Shown here: piece by piece, positions 43,280 through 52,678 of the stretch
Numbering within the stretch: the stretch's first letter is position 1
Layout: each line of letters opens with the position of its first letter
Origin: Bdellovibrionales bacterium
GTDB taxonomy: Bacteria > Bdellovibrionota > Bdellovibrionia > Bdellovibrionales > UBA1609
NCBI GenBank assembly: GCA_965219095.1
Contig: OZ244719.1
Location: 192,001-256,000, forward strand
Reading direction: 5' to 3'
Length of the DNA stretch: 64,000 bases
The notes under the pieces: model-generated
The model's database searches: none
Seen by the model: the letters and a program-made list of their open reading frames with translations, nothing else
What the model was told of the DNA's origin: nothing
Made by a program: the position numbers and the translations under genes

Positions 43280-44080
43280 TTATTTTTTGGAATTGGTATT
43301 ACTAAAGTTTTTTGGTTTAAAGTGTTTGGCATTAATAATACTTGCACTACTTCCTAAAGCTTGAATCACAAAAAGACCTTCTTTCTCAGCCTTTCTAGCT
43401 GAACCTTGATTGGCCTTAAGATAAGCTACAGCACCATAAATTATTTTATCTTTATACAAAGGAAGCATTTGTTTAAAGTTTTTTAATTTGTTTATAAAAT
43501 GAGTCAAATTTTTTAGCCATAAGGTGGTCTTGACTTCTGTCACAACCACTTCACTGCCATTAACTACAATAATGTCAAATTCAAAAGGCTCATCATTCCA
43601 TACCCCGGAAGACTCTTGAGAAATACTCTGCACTTCAATGTTTCTTTCTTGAAGAAGTTTAACTAAATCACCTTTTACCAGAGCCTCCATAAGCTTTCCC
43701 CATTGACCTATAAAAAGTTCGTCTAACTTTGCCATACGTTTATCAGACTTTTTAAACTGACGATCGGTCTCAAGTTTTGACTCTTTTAACAAATGCTCTG
43801 TTTCTTTGTGGGCTTTGGTGATTTCTTTTTGGGATTCTCTGAGTTGGCGGCCAGTCTCTTTTTGAGCTTTAGAGGTTTCTTTGAGTTGGCGGTCAGTCTC
43901 TTTTTGAGCTTTAGAGGTTTCTTTGAGTTGACGGTCAGTCTCTTTTTGAGCTTTTGCCAGCTCTTTAATTCCCTTAAAAGCTCCTTTAATAGATTCCTGA
44001 AGAGCTTTGGGAATCTGGTTGTTTTTTGTTACTTTTATAGCCATATTATTTATAGTAGTATAAAAAAACTTTCTTTTCAA
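43280..44080 (-). CDS. coiled-coil repeat protein with C-terminal PD-(D/E)XK-like domain (DUF3782-like; likely start 44044)
   Basis: KAQKETDRQLKETS repeats; WGKLME, EFDIIVVNG..EVK, YGAVAY. Confidence 0.8.
   Translation of the reverse strand: MKRKFFYTTINNMAIKVTKNNQIPKALQESIKGAFKGIKELAKAQKETDRQLKETSKAQKETDRQLKETSKAQKETGRQLRESQKEITKAHKETEHLLKESKLETDRQFKKSDKRMAKLDELFIGQWGKLMEALVKGDLVKLLQERNIEVQSISQESSGVWNDEPFEFDIIVVNGSEVVVTEVKTTLWLKNLTHFINKLKNFKQMLPLYKDKIIYGAVAYLKANQGSARKAEKEGLFVIQALGSSASIINAKHFKPKNFSNTNSKK
43841..43953 (-). repeat. 42-bp in-frame tandem repeat, about 2.7 units
   Basis: GAGTTGGCGGTCAGTCTCTTTTTGAGCTTTAGAGGTTTCTTT repeated. Confidence 0.9.
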
Positions 44081-44109
44081 GTGGTTTTAAAAAAATTTCG
44101 CCTCCACAA

Positions 44110-44292
44110 AAGAACCTCCGGGAACCCACAGATTCTTTTAAGGAGGCAAATTTTTTATATTTTTTGTAAATGGAGAAGTGTTTTTTCTTGACATACTTTT
44201 TGATAGACACTCTAAAAATTTAACAGAGTTTGATTAAAAAGCCAGGATGCTATGCGTTAAAATAATGCCGAATTAATTTTTGGAAATGGTAT
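44110..44292. mobile_element. chain of ends: ISL3 right end, IS1111-group right end (44148-44208), IS630-B left end
   Basis: Matches about 27679-27714, about 32077-32137, and the reverse complement of about 25226-25309. Confidence 0.85.
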
Positions 44293-44312
44293 GACTTACA
44301 GGCTCTTCCTAT

Positions 44313-45428
44313 TTAAATGAGACTTTCTAAGGGTGTGTATTTCATTTGTAAGTCCACAGCTACAGGTCTGTAAGTAAGATAACCTTTGTAAGTATTGATT
44401 CCTGTAAAAAGTCTTTTATCTTTTTTTAAAGCTTCTTTAAGGCTCCCTGAATCAGCTATAAGAGAGATCCAGCTGATGGTGGCATTGGTTAAAGCGTAAG
44501 TTGAAGTACGTGCCACAACACCCGGCATATTAGGTACACAGTAATGTAAGACTCCAAATTTTTCATAGACAGGTTGTTTGTGATTTGTAGGTCTACAAGT
44601 TTCAATACATCCTCCTTGATCCACAGCCACATCTACAACTACGCTTCCCTGACCCATAGTCTTAATCATCTCCTCTGTAACAAGATGAGGGGCTTTGTGT
44701 CCTGGAATCAAAACGGCACCTATAACAAGGTCCGATTCTCTTATAGTACGAGCTATAACGGTTTGATTAGAATAAAGGGCTTTAATTCTTCCTTGAAATA
44801 AATTGTCTAAGTACTCAAGACGTTTATGAGAAATATCTAAAACCGTTACTTCAGCTCCTAAACCCACAGCCATTTTAGTAGCATTTAAACCCACAACTCC
44901 TCCACCGATAATAGTCACATATCCTTGTTCCACCCCTGTAACTCCTCCTAAAAGAACCCCTTTTCCTCCATGATCTTTTTGAAGATAAAAAGCTCCTACC
45001 TGCGTAGCCATTCTTCCCGCAACTTCACTCATAGGAATAAGAAGAGGTAAAGAACTATCGTAATTTTCAATCGTTTCATAAGCAATGGATGTAGCTTTTT
45101 TTGTGCTCAGAATTTCCGTAAGACGAGGTTCAGCGGCTAAATGTAAGTAAGTAAAGATCAACTGATCCTCTCTAATATATTGATACTCTTCTTCAAGGGG
45201 TTCTTTCACTTTTACAATCATTTCAGCTGAATTATAAACTTCTTTAGCAGAGTCTAAAATTTTAGCTCCTGCTTTTTCATAAGCTTTATTAGAAATAAAA
45301 CTCCCTAAACCAGCATCTTTTTCAATATAAACAGTATGTCCTCTTGCTGTAAGCTCCAATACACTAGCTTCCGTAAGCCCTACCCTATTTTCACTGATCT
45401 TAATCTCTTTAGGAGTTCCTATAATCAT
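44313..45428 (-). CDS. ald: alanine dehydrogenase
   Basis: [51 protein letters not shown]. Confidence 0.97.
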   Translation of the reverse strand: MIIGTPKEIKISENRVGLTEASVLELTARGHTVYIEKDAGLGSFISNKAYEKAGAKILDSAKEVYNSAEMIVKVKEPLEEEYQYIREDQLIFTYLHLAAEPRLTEILSTKKATSIAYETIENYDSSLPLLIPMSEVAGRMATQVGAFYLQKDHGGKGVLLGGVTGVEQGYVTIIGGGVVGLNATKMAVGLGAEVTVLDISHKRLEYLDNLFQGRIKALYSNQTVIARTIRESDLVIGAVLIPGHKAPHLVTEEMIKTMGQGSVVVDVAVDQGGCIETCRPTNHKQPVYEKFGVLHYCVPNMPGVVARTSTYALTNATISWISLIADSGSLKEALKKDKRLFTGINTYKGYLTYRPVAVDLQMKYTPLESLI

Positions 45429-45526
45429 AACTCTTAATATATATTAACTTGATTTCAAAATTTATACATCAATTTTTCAGTTCATAACTCTGTTTTAAGA
45501 AAATGAATGTATGAACTTTAAAATGG

Positions 45527-46012
45527 AGGATGTCCCATTTCTCGGTGGAATTCTGTTCAAAAATGGAGCAGATAAGAGGACTCCCTGGTGGATTTTTAAG
45601 TCCACCTAGGGTTTAATAAATATTTAGAATGAATTAAAAATTAAACAAAAGGAGCCCCAAATGAAGAATACAAAAGAAAAAATATCAATTCAAGAACTAT
45701 CGGATCACAAGGAGATTCAAGATGCTGTTCATAACTATATGAAGCATAGAATTCTTGACGTAGTCTACCGGATGTTTAATGACGAAGTCACTAAGCTCTG
45801 TGGTCCACTATACGATCGAGAGGAAGAATGCATGCGAAATGGAAGCGATTCTGGGTCTGTTTATGCTCAAGGACAAAGAGTTTCGATTCAAAAGTCCAGA
45901 GTTAAAAAAGACGGAAAAGATGTCAAACTGCGAACATACTCTGCTTTGAGAAACTACGATGTTTTCACTGAAAAGATTCAGAACCACCTTCTCCATGGAG
46001 TTTCAACAAGGG
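45527..46012 (+). mobile_element. IS256-family 5' fragment (ORF from 45661), truncated by an IS3 end
   Basis: EVTKLCG..RNG..SRV..GVSTR N-terminal mutator-type motifs. Confidence 0.7.
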
Positions 46013-46560
46013 TGAACTTCCCCTGTTTCTGCGGACAGTCAATTTTCTCTTAAAGTCTCCATAAAATGGAGGTAAAAGAAGAACGTAGATCCCACTAATA
46101 ACAGAGCTGAAAGAGATCTAAGAATGACTAAGGTGAAAAAGAAAGTGTCAGGGTGTTTCAGAACAGAAGAAATGGAGAAATATTTTTGTCGCATTACCAG
46201 CTATGTTAAAACAATGAGAAATAAAGGGTATTCTTCTTTAGAAGCCATCTCTATGGCTTTAAATAAAAACTTACGAGAGTGAGCAGTTACAAAAAGAGTT
46301 AAAAAGAAAAGAGTCGAGATTCGATTAAAGAAGAAGGATGTAGAAGAGTTAAGTTGTGATAGATATTATATGATCTGACAGTTTTTTATCAAGACCTTAG
46401 AATAAAAACTAGACCTCAACTCAAAAAAAAACGGAAAACTTAAACGGAAGCACTGTATCTATTGTTGTGTGAATCGATTGATGGGTTAAAATAAGTGTAA
46501 AAAAGTGAAGGTAAAATTTAAAATGAAAAAAATCAGTAACACAATTTAATTTACAGGCTC
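46013..46560. mobile_element. IS debris: IS3 left end, ISBst12-like 3' end (to 46290), IS481 end, IS630-A left end, IS630-B internal piece
   Basis: Each piece matches a fuller copy elsewhere in the window. Confidence 0.8.
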
Positions 46561-46758
46561 TAAACAGAGACAGTCTCAATAAGAAACTTTATCTTGAAGG
46601 CTTTCTCATTTATCCAAAAAAAGGTTCCTTGATCGCTTGGCTCCAGAATTTATACAATAAGAATTATTTACATAAATTTCGTAAAAGGTAGCTTAAAGAC
46701 TTTCTTTTTTCCTGTGCATTGCTCCATTAAACGTCAAAAATCTTCGTACTTGAAGCTC

Positions 46759-47722
46759 TTAAATAATTTCACTATTCCATAATTTTTGCAAAAAAACTTT
46801 CCAAGGTAAAATGTTAATTTTTTCTGAAGTGATCCTCTCTTCTTCATCCAAGGAAACAGCAAAATATTTTTTAATCAACCCTTCTTCTTTTAAAGCTCTC
46901 AAACCTTTAAGATGTTTATCTTGAATTAATTTTGTAGATTTAATTTCTATAGCAACTTTAGAGCCTACAACAAGATCCACTTCCATTTTCGAAGAAGAAC
47001 GCCAGTAGAACATAGGAAAAAATTTTCTTGAATAGCTTAAAAAATCTCGAACTTCAAGAATGATAAAATGTTCGAAAGCTTTTCCAAAAGATTCACTCCC
47101 TTTTTTTATAACTCCTTGCTGAGATAAAGTGTTAGTAATTCCTAAATCAAATAAATAGTGCTTTTCTCTTGAGATGGCCTTTCTTTTTTTTGTCTTTGTA
47201 AAACCTGGAAGAGAAAAGCCAATTAAAGTATCCCTTAAAATTTCAACATAGGTTTTTAAAGTTCCCGGTGAAACCTGAAGGTCTTGAGAAAAACTTTCAT
47301 AGTTAAGCTCTTGTCCATTTGAAAGTGCAATAAGGTCTAAGAACTCTGCAAAAGCCTGTATATTCCTTGTAAATGATTCATTCTGAACTTCTTCTCTCAG
47401 ATAAAGATTGCAATAAGCCTCAAGTTCTTCTTGATATTGAAGGCTGTTATAAATTTGAGGAAGCCCTCCTCGGTTAAGGTATGTTATTAAATTAAATTGA
47501 GGTATTTCTTTTGAAGTAAGAGGAAAGAGAAACATCTGCCATGCACGCCCTGCTAGTAAGTTCACTCCTTTTTTTTTAAGTTTTCTAGCACTACTTCCTG
47601 TTAAAAGAAATTTCTGATTTTTCTTGTGTATGAGACGGTGAACTTCGTCAAGAAGACTGGGCAATTTCTGTATTTCATCGATAACAATGAGAAGCTTGGT
47701 TTTGTGCCTGTTTTCTTCTTCT
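46759..47722 (-). pseudogene. AAA_14/DUF4143-type ATPase-nuclease, 5'-truncated by IS630-B
   Basis: VIDEIQK Walker B, LTGSSARKL, GGLP, EVD..IEIK; Walker A absent; IS630-B IR starts at 47723. Confidence 0.8.
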
Positions 47723-48205
47723 AATACCAATTACAGAAATTAATTCGACATTTTCATGTTCAAATTTAAAATTTTAGAATTGATTTAAGGAAAAGCTTCA
47801 GTTAGGAGATTTTAAAAAAACTTCTTTTGAAGGGAGGTTTAAGTTTTCATAGACGTTTCTTGAATTGATTTTCTTTCTTGCATATGGTGCAAAGCCAATA
47901 GTTTTATCTTGATGTTGGCACTTCTTTCTACTTTGTAAGTAGCCAGAAAATCATACTCCTGAATCTTTGTAAATAAATCTTTTTTTTTTGACACTCTAAA
48001 AATTTAACAGAGTTTGATAAAAAGGCCAGGATGCTATGCGTTAAAAAATGTTGAATTAATTTTTGGAAATGGTATTAGCTGTAAAAATAAAAAATGGGTG
48101 AGTAGCCTTTTTTCCCCAACTTCCTCCTTTTTCATAGATGATTTACCTCCATTTCACGGAGACTTTAAGAGAAAATTGACTGTCCGCAGAAACAGGGGAA
48201 GTTCA
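47723..48205 (-). mobile_element. internally deleted IS630-B with both ends (47723-48077) plus an IS3 left-end remnant
   Basis: Both IRs and the first codons of the transposase are retained; IS3 end at about 48142-48205. Confidence 0.85.
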
Positions 48206-48272
48206 CTTTAAGGGTAAAAGCCTATCTTTTTTGGTTCTGCCTCACTGAATAAAGCTTGCTGTTTTCACTGCT

Positions 48273-49274
48273 CTATATAAGATCATTTTTTTGTAAATGT
48301 TTGAGGCTTATGGAAGTTAAAGCTCTTCCACGGGGAGTTTTTTCTAAAAACCCTTCTTTAATTAAAAAAGGTTCATACACTTCTTCTAAAGTATGAGGCT
48401 CTTCGTTGAGAGCTGAACTTAAAGTTCCAATTCCAACAGGGCCTCCTTTAAATTTGTCTCGAATGGTTCTGAGAATCTTTCGATCTATGTGATCTAGACC
48501 TAAGTTATCAATAGATAGTTTTTTCAAAGCATAACAAGTAATATCTTTATCAATAGTATTTTGGCCTTTAACTTGAGCATAATCTCTTACACGTCTTAAA
48601 AGACGGTTTGCAATACGGGGTGTTCCACGACTCCTTAAAGCAAGTTCATAAGCCCCTTCAGGATTTAAATTGATCTTCAATATCTGGGAAGAACGTTGAA
48701 GAATTGTAACTAACTCCTTAGTTTTATAAAAAGATAAGTGTTCTACAATGCCGAAACGATTTCTAAAAGGAGCTTTGAGAAGTCCTGTTCTTGTAGTAGC
48801 TCCAATTAAAGTGAAATAAGGAAGCTGAAATCTCATAGCACGAGCTGCTGGCCCCTCCCCTGTTATAAGGTCTAAAACAAAATCTTCCATAGCAATGTAC
48901 AAATACTCTTCCAGCTGTAAGGGAAGTCTATGGATTTCATCAATAAAAAGTACAGACCTCTCTTCAAGGTTTGTTAAAATAGCAACTAAATCCCCCTTTC
49001 TTAAAAGTGCTGGACCTGAAGTAACCACCATTTTTGTATTTAAAGTTTCTGCTACAATATGGGAAAGAGTTGTTTTCCCTAAACCAGGAGGCCCGCAAAA
49101 AAGTATATGCTCTAAACTTTCCTTTCTTTGTTGAGAGGCTCGAATAAAAACCTCAAGCTTTTCTTTCACTTCTTTTTGTCCAAGAAAATCTTTAAAGGCT
49201 TTTGGCCTTACATTTAAGTCGAGAGATTTTTCATAAGCTATCACCTCGCCTGTAGTGAGTCTTTGTTTTTCCAT
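48273..49274 (-). CDS. ruvB: Holliday junction helicase RuvB
   Basis: GPPGLGKTT, FIDEIHRL, GATTR, RGTPRIANRLLRRVRD. Confidence 0.98.
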   Translation of the reverse strand: MEKQRLTTGEVIAYEKSLDLNVRPKAFKDFLGQKEVKEKLEVFIRASQQRKESLEHILFCGPPGLGKTTLSHIVAETLNTKMVVTSGPALLRKGDLVAILTNLEERSVLFIDEIHRLPLQLEEYLYIAMEDFVLDLITGEGPAARAMRFQLPYFTLIGATTRTGLLKAPFRNRFGIVEHLSFYKTKELVTILQRSSQILKINLNPEGAYELALRSRGTPRIANRLLRRVRDYAQVKGQNTIDKDITCYALKKLSIDNLGLDHIDRKILRTIRDKFKGGPVGIGTLSSALNEEPHTLEEVYEPFLIKEGFLEKTPRGRALTSISLKHLQKNDLI

Positions 49275-49837
49275 AACAACTCCTTAGATGAATTTAAAAT
49301 AAAAAGGGCCTCTTTAACTATACTTTGTAAGTTCTCTTGATTTTTGACTTTCTCTAGAGCCTCTTCAATTTCATGGCGATGAAAGCCAAGATGGTTCAAG
49401 GTGGAAAAAGCTTCCTCTAAAAGAGGGTTTTTTTCAGAAAGCTTAGAAGTTTTAAGACTATCTTTAAGACAAAGGACCATCTGTTCAGCTTTTTTGCGTC
49501 CTAGTTTAGGAAGTTTAGAAAGAGCTTGAATTTCATTTTTACAAATCATAGAGATAAGGGTTTCAATATTCACATTTGCAAGGATTCTTAAAGCTACTTT
49601 AGGCCCAATTCCCGAAACCTTCCTTACCATTTGAACAAAAATATCCCTTTGTTTTAAAGACATAAAACCAAAAAGCTGAAGTGTATCTTCACGAACATGG
49701 GTATAAATAAAAAGCTCAACTCTTTGCCCTACACTTATGGGGCAGGGGCAAAACACTTCATACCCTACTTCACCTGTCAAAAGAGTAAGACTTTCTTCTC
49801 TCTGAAATAAAACCTTCCCCTTTAAGTAAGAGATCAT
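49241..49837 (-). CDS. ruvA: Holliday junction binding protein RuvA
   Basis: MISYLKG, VGYEV, HVRED..LFGF, VSGIGPKVAL. Confidence 0.95.
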   Translation of the reverse strand: MISYLKGKVLFQREESLTLLTGEVGYEVFCPCPISVGQRVELFIYTHVREDTLQLFGFMSLKQRDIFVQMVRKVSGIGPKVALRILANVNIETLISMICKNEIQALSKLPKLGRKKAEQMVLCLKDSLKTSKLSEKNPLLEEAFSTLNHLGFHRHEIEEALEKVKNQENLQSIVKEALFILNSSKELLWKNKDSLQAR

Positions 49838-50346
49838 AGAATTTTCTCCTTTAATTTCATCTGTCCTGTAAGGTGGTAAAAATGAGAAAGACTTAAGGCC
49901 AGGGCATCTGAGGCGTCTTGTTTTTCCTTAAAATCTCTTAAACCTAGACGATGAGAAACAATTGTTTGAACTTGTTGTTTTGAGGCTCTTCCAAAACCAG
50001 TAATTGTTTTCTTAACCTTAGTGGGATTGTATTCGTAAATCTGAATTTTAAATTCAAAGGCTTTTTGCAGACAAACTCCTCTTACATGTCCTAATTGGAA
50101 AGCACTTTTTACATTTTTACCTAAAAAGATTTTTTCTAAAACAAAATGATGAGGTTTTACGTAGGAAAAAAGCTCATCTAAGAATTGGGATACTTTATGT
50201 AGCTTTTCCTCTAAATATTGAAGAGAAGACAGCTCAAAGGTTCCATAATGAGTGTTTATAGGTTCTTGATTTTGAAAAGAAATAGCCCCATAACCACAAA
50301 TATAAGAGCCAGGGTCAAATCCTAGAACTTTTAAAGTACTTTGCAT
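49834..50346 (-). CDS. ruvC: Holliday junction resolvase RuvC
   Basis: LGFDPG, LGHVRGV, VKKTITGFGRASKQQV, DASDALA. Confidence 0.95.
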   Translation of the reverse strand: MQSTLKVLGFDPGSYICGYGAISFQNQEPINTHYGTFELSSLQYLEEKLHKVSQFLDELFSYVKPHHFVLEKIFLGKNVKSAFQLGHVRGVCLQKAFEFKIQIYEYNPTKVKKTITGFGRASKQQVQTIVSHRLGLRDFKEKQDASDALALSLSHFYHLTGQMKLKEKIL

Positions 50347-50449
50347 AGTTTTATTAAAACACTTTAAAACAAGCTTGCCTAGCTTTATTTCAGCTTGTTT
50401 CTTAGAAAAGAGGATTGAATTTTTTTATAACAAGTGAGAAAATAATCTC

Positions 50450-51082
50450 GTGAGTTTAGCTTTAAAAAATAAGAATTCAGTTGTTCTAAAGTGTCGGAAT
50501 CTGGAAATTTTAGCTTTAAGGGCTGAAAAGTACAGGAAAAAAAAGCAATTATGCAGTGCAAAATACATCTGTGAACACATCCTCTCCCTTAGTCCCTATC
50601 ACCTTAAAGCTCTCACCACCCTAGGTCGTGTGTTTTTAGAGGAAAAAAACACTTCACAAGCCCTTCAAACTTTTGAGATAATACTTTTAAAACCTCCTCA
50701 AAATCTCTTTTTACTAAAGGAAATGGCCTCTTGTTTTTTAAAAGAAAAAAAGTATAAAAAAACTCTGTTAATATTCAATAAAATTTTGGAACTCGATCCT
50801 CTTTGTACTAAAACTCGTAAAGAAAAACAAAAGATTGAAACCCGTCATATAAGAGAAAAAAAATTAAAAGATCTTGATGAATCCATTAAAGAACAAAATT
50901 TTTTAAAGGCAGAACAGTTAATTAAAGATCTTGAAACTGATGGTTTTTGTCCCGAACTTTCTCAGAGGAGACTTCTTTTCATAAAAAAATTTAAACAGTT
51001 CATGCAAGAGAAAAAAATAAAAACACTAAAACAGTTGATCCAACGTGTAGAACAAAGGAGTGAATTTGTACGGAACGGGTGA
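50450..51082 (+). CDS. TPR-like protein
   Basis: ALTTLGRVF, ILELDP helical repeats. Confidence 0.65.
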   Translation: MSLALKNKNSVVLKCRNLEILALRAEKYRKKKQLCSAKYICEHILSLSPYHLKALTTLGRVFLEEKNTSQALQTFEIILLKPPQNLFLLKEMASCFLKEKKYKKTLLIFNKILELDPLCTKTRKEKQKIETRHIREKKLKDLDESIKEQNFLKAEQLIKDLETDGFCPELSQRRLLFIKKFKQFMQEKKIKTLKQLIQRVEQRSEFVRNG

Positions 51083-51629
51083 CTTTAAAAAGGGACTTCA
51101 TATTATTGTCGATCATGAACCTTATACCATTATAGAGTTTGAACACTTTAAACCAGGAAAAGGAAACCAATTCACTCGTACGAAATTGCGACATCTCATA
51201 ACAGGAAGCCAAGTTGAAAAAACCTTCAAATCAGGGAAAAAAGTAGGGATAGCAAATGTTTATTATCAAGATATGAACTTTCTTTATAAGGATGAGATGT
51301 TTCACTTTATGGCTCCAGATACTTATGAACAGATGAGCATTTCTAAAGATGTTATAGGTGAGATCGCAAAATATCTTTCAGAAAACATGAAAGTCAAGAC
51401 CTGCCTTTTTAATAATAAAATCATCTCTATTGAACTACCCTTACATGTTGTTTTGAAAGTTACTTCCTCTGATCTTAGTCAAAAAAGCATCACAGCCTCT
51501 TCTGCTACAAAACCTGTGACTCTGGAAACAGGTCTTGATATCTATGTTCCCCTTCACATTAAGGTAGGCGATTATATTAAAATAGACACAAAAGAAGGTC
51601 ATTACGTAGAACGAGTGCAGTTTGGCTGA
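51066..51629 (+). CDS. efp: elongation factor P (likely TTG start)
   Basis: DFKKGL, HFKPGKG..F.RTKL, KP.TLETG, IKIDT..G.YVER. Confidence 0.95.
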   Translation: MYGTGDFKKGLHIIVDHEPYTIIEFEHFKPGKGNQFTRTKLRHLITGSQVEKTFKSGKKVGIANVYYQDMNFLYKDEMFHFMAPDTYEQMSISKDVIGEIAKYLSENMKVKTCLFNNKIISIELPLHVVLKVTSSDLSQKSITASSATKPVTLETGLDIYVPLHIKVGDYIKIDTKEGHYVERVQFG

Positions 51630-51631
51630 TT

Positions 51632-52678
51632 ATGTATAACATAGAATCAAAAATAAGAAAACTCCTTCTCATAACCAACGATTCTTCAAAAATTCATGAG
51701 GGAATTGGTTCCTTTCTTAAAATAGAGAACCTTAGTTATAGCGATAAAAGACGGCTTATAGTTTTTCTTTTTAATATGGGTTCTTATGAATCCATTTTTG
51801 ATTTCTCTATAAAATCTTTAAAAAAAAAAGAACCTCTTTTCTGGGGTGTTTTGTGTGAAATTTTATTTTTGCAGAATATAAAAACTTCCTTACTAATACA
51901 AAAAAATATTTTAAAAGGAGCTTATAAAGAAAAAAAGCTTTCCTTTTTAGCCCTCAGCCCTAAAGCAACTTCATGGGGAAAATTGTTCGAGAAAAATAGA
52001 AAGAGAAAATTTGAAATACTACATAAACTTTATGAAAAAAGACAAAAAAAAATTCAAGATAGAATCAGATATTTTAAAGACAGTGGCATGCCAGAACAAA
52101 CCATGAAGATCATTGAAGATGAATTAAGATCTGATCCTGAAAACAAATCTCTAAAAGAAGAGAGAATAAAAATTAAAGAGATGATTGCTGAAGATATTTT
52201 TGACCAATTTAAATATGAATATGTAGAAAAAAGTCAAATCAAAAGAAAAAAAATTTCAAAAAAAGAAAGAAAAATTTCTCAATTTCTTAGAGAGGAAGGA
52301 AGAAGAATTTTAGAAGCTTCTCCTGAAGTTCACAATGACTTAGCTTTTTTCTTTTATTTTATTGAAGACCATGATGCTGTTATATCTGTTTTAAAAAAAG
52401 TAAAAAATAGAAATTTAAGTTCAGATTGGCTTCACTTAGAAACTCTCATTTTATTTGAAAAGTATCTAGATGCTCTTGAAAAAATAAAAGAAATAGAAGA
52501 AAGGTATTCTTTAGAAAAAACAAGTATTTTTTTTGCCTCCTACTACACGAAGGCCCTATGCTACTGGGGCCTTAAAGAAAAAGAACGAGCTGTTGAGACC
52601 TTAAAAAAACTTATTGAAATTAAACCAAATTACCGATCTGCACATGCTCTTTTAAATAAATGGGAAACACTAGGATGA
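51632..52678 (+). CDS. TPR-containing hypothetical protein
   Basis: C-terminal YYTKALCYWGL..PNYRSAHALL TPR-like repeat. Confidence 0.7.
   Translation: MYNIESKIRKLLLITNDSSKIHEGIGSFLKIENLSYSDKRRLIVFLFNMGSYESIFDFSIKSLKKKEPLFWGVLCEILFLQNIKTSLLIQKNILKGAYKEKKLSFLALSPKATSWGKLFEKNRKRKFEILHKLYEKRQKKIQDRIRYFKDSGMPEQTMKIIEDELRSDPENKSLKEERIKIKEMIAEDIFDQFKYEYVEKSQIKRKKISKKERKISQFLREEGRRILEASPEVHNDLAFFFYFIEDHDAVISVLKKVKNRNLSSDWLHLETLILFEKYLDALEKIKEIEERYSLEKTSIFFASYYTKALCYWGLKEKERAVETLKKLIEIKPNYRSAHALLNKWETLG

Noticed and set aside
43793..44191. 132-aa repetitive plus-strand ORF, and possible CRISPR-like repeats
   Set aside because: Antisense of the coiled-coil gene; the repeats are contiguous with no unique spacers and no cas genes
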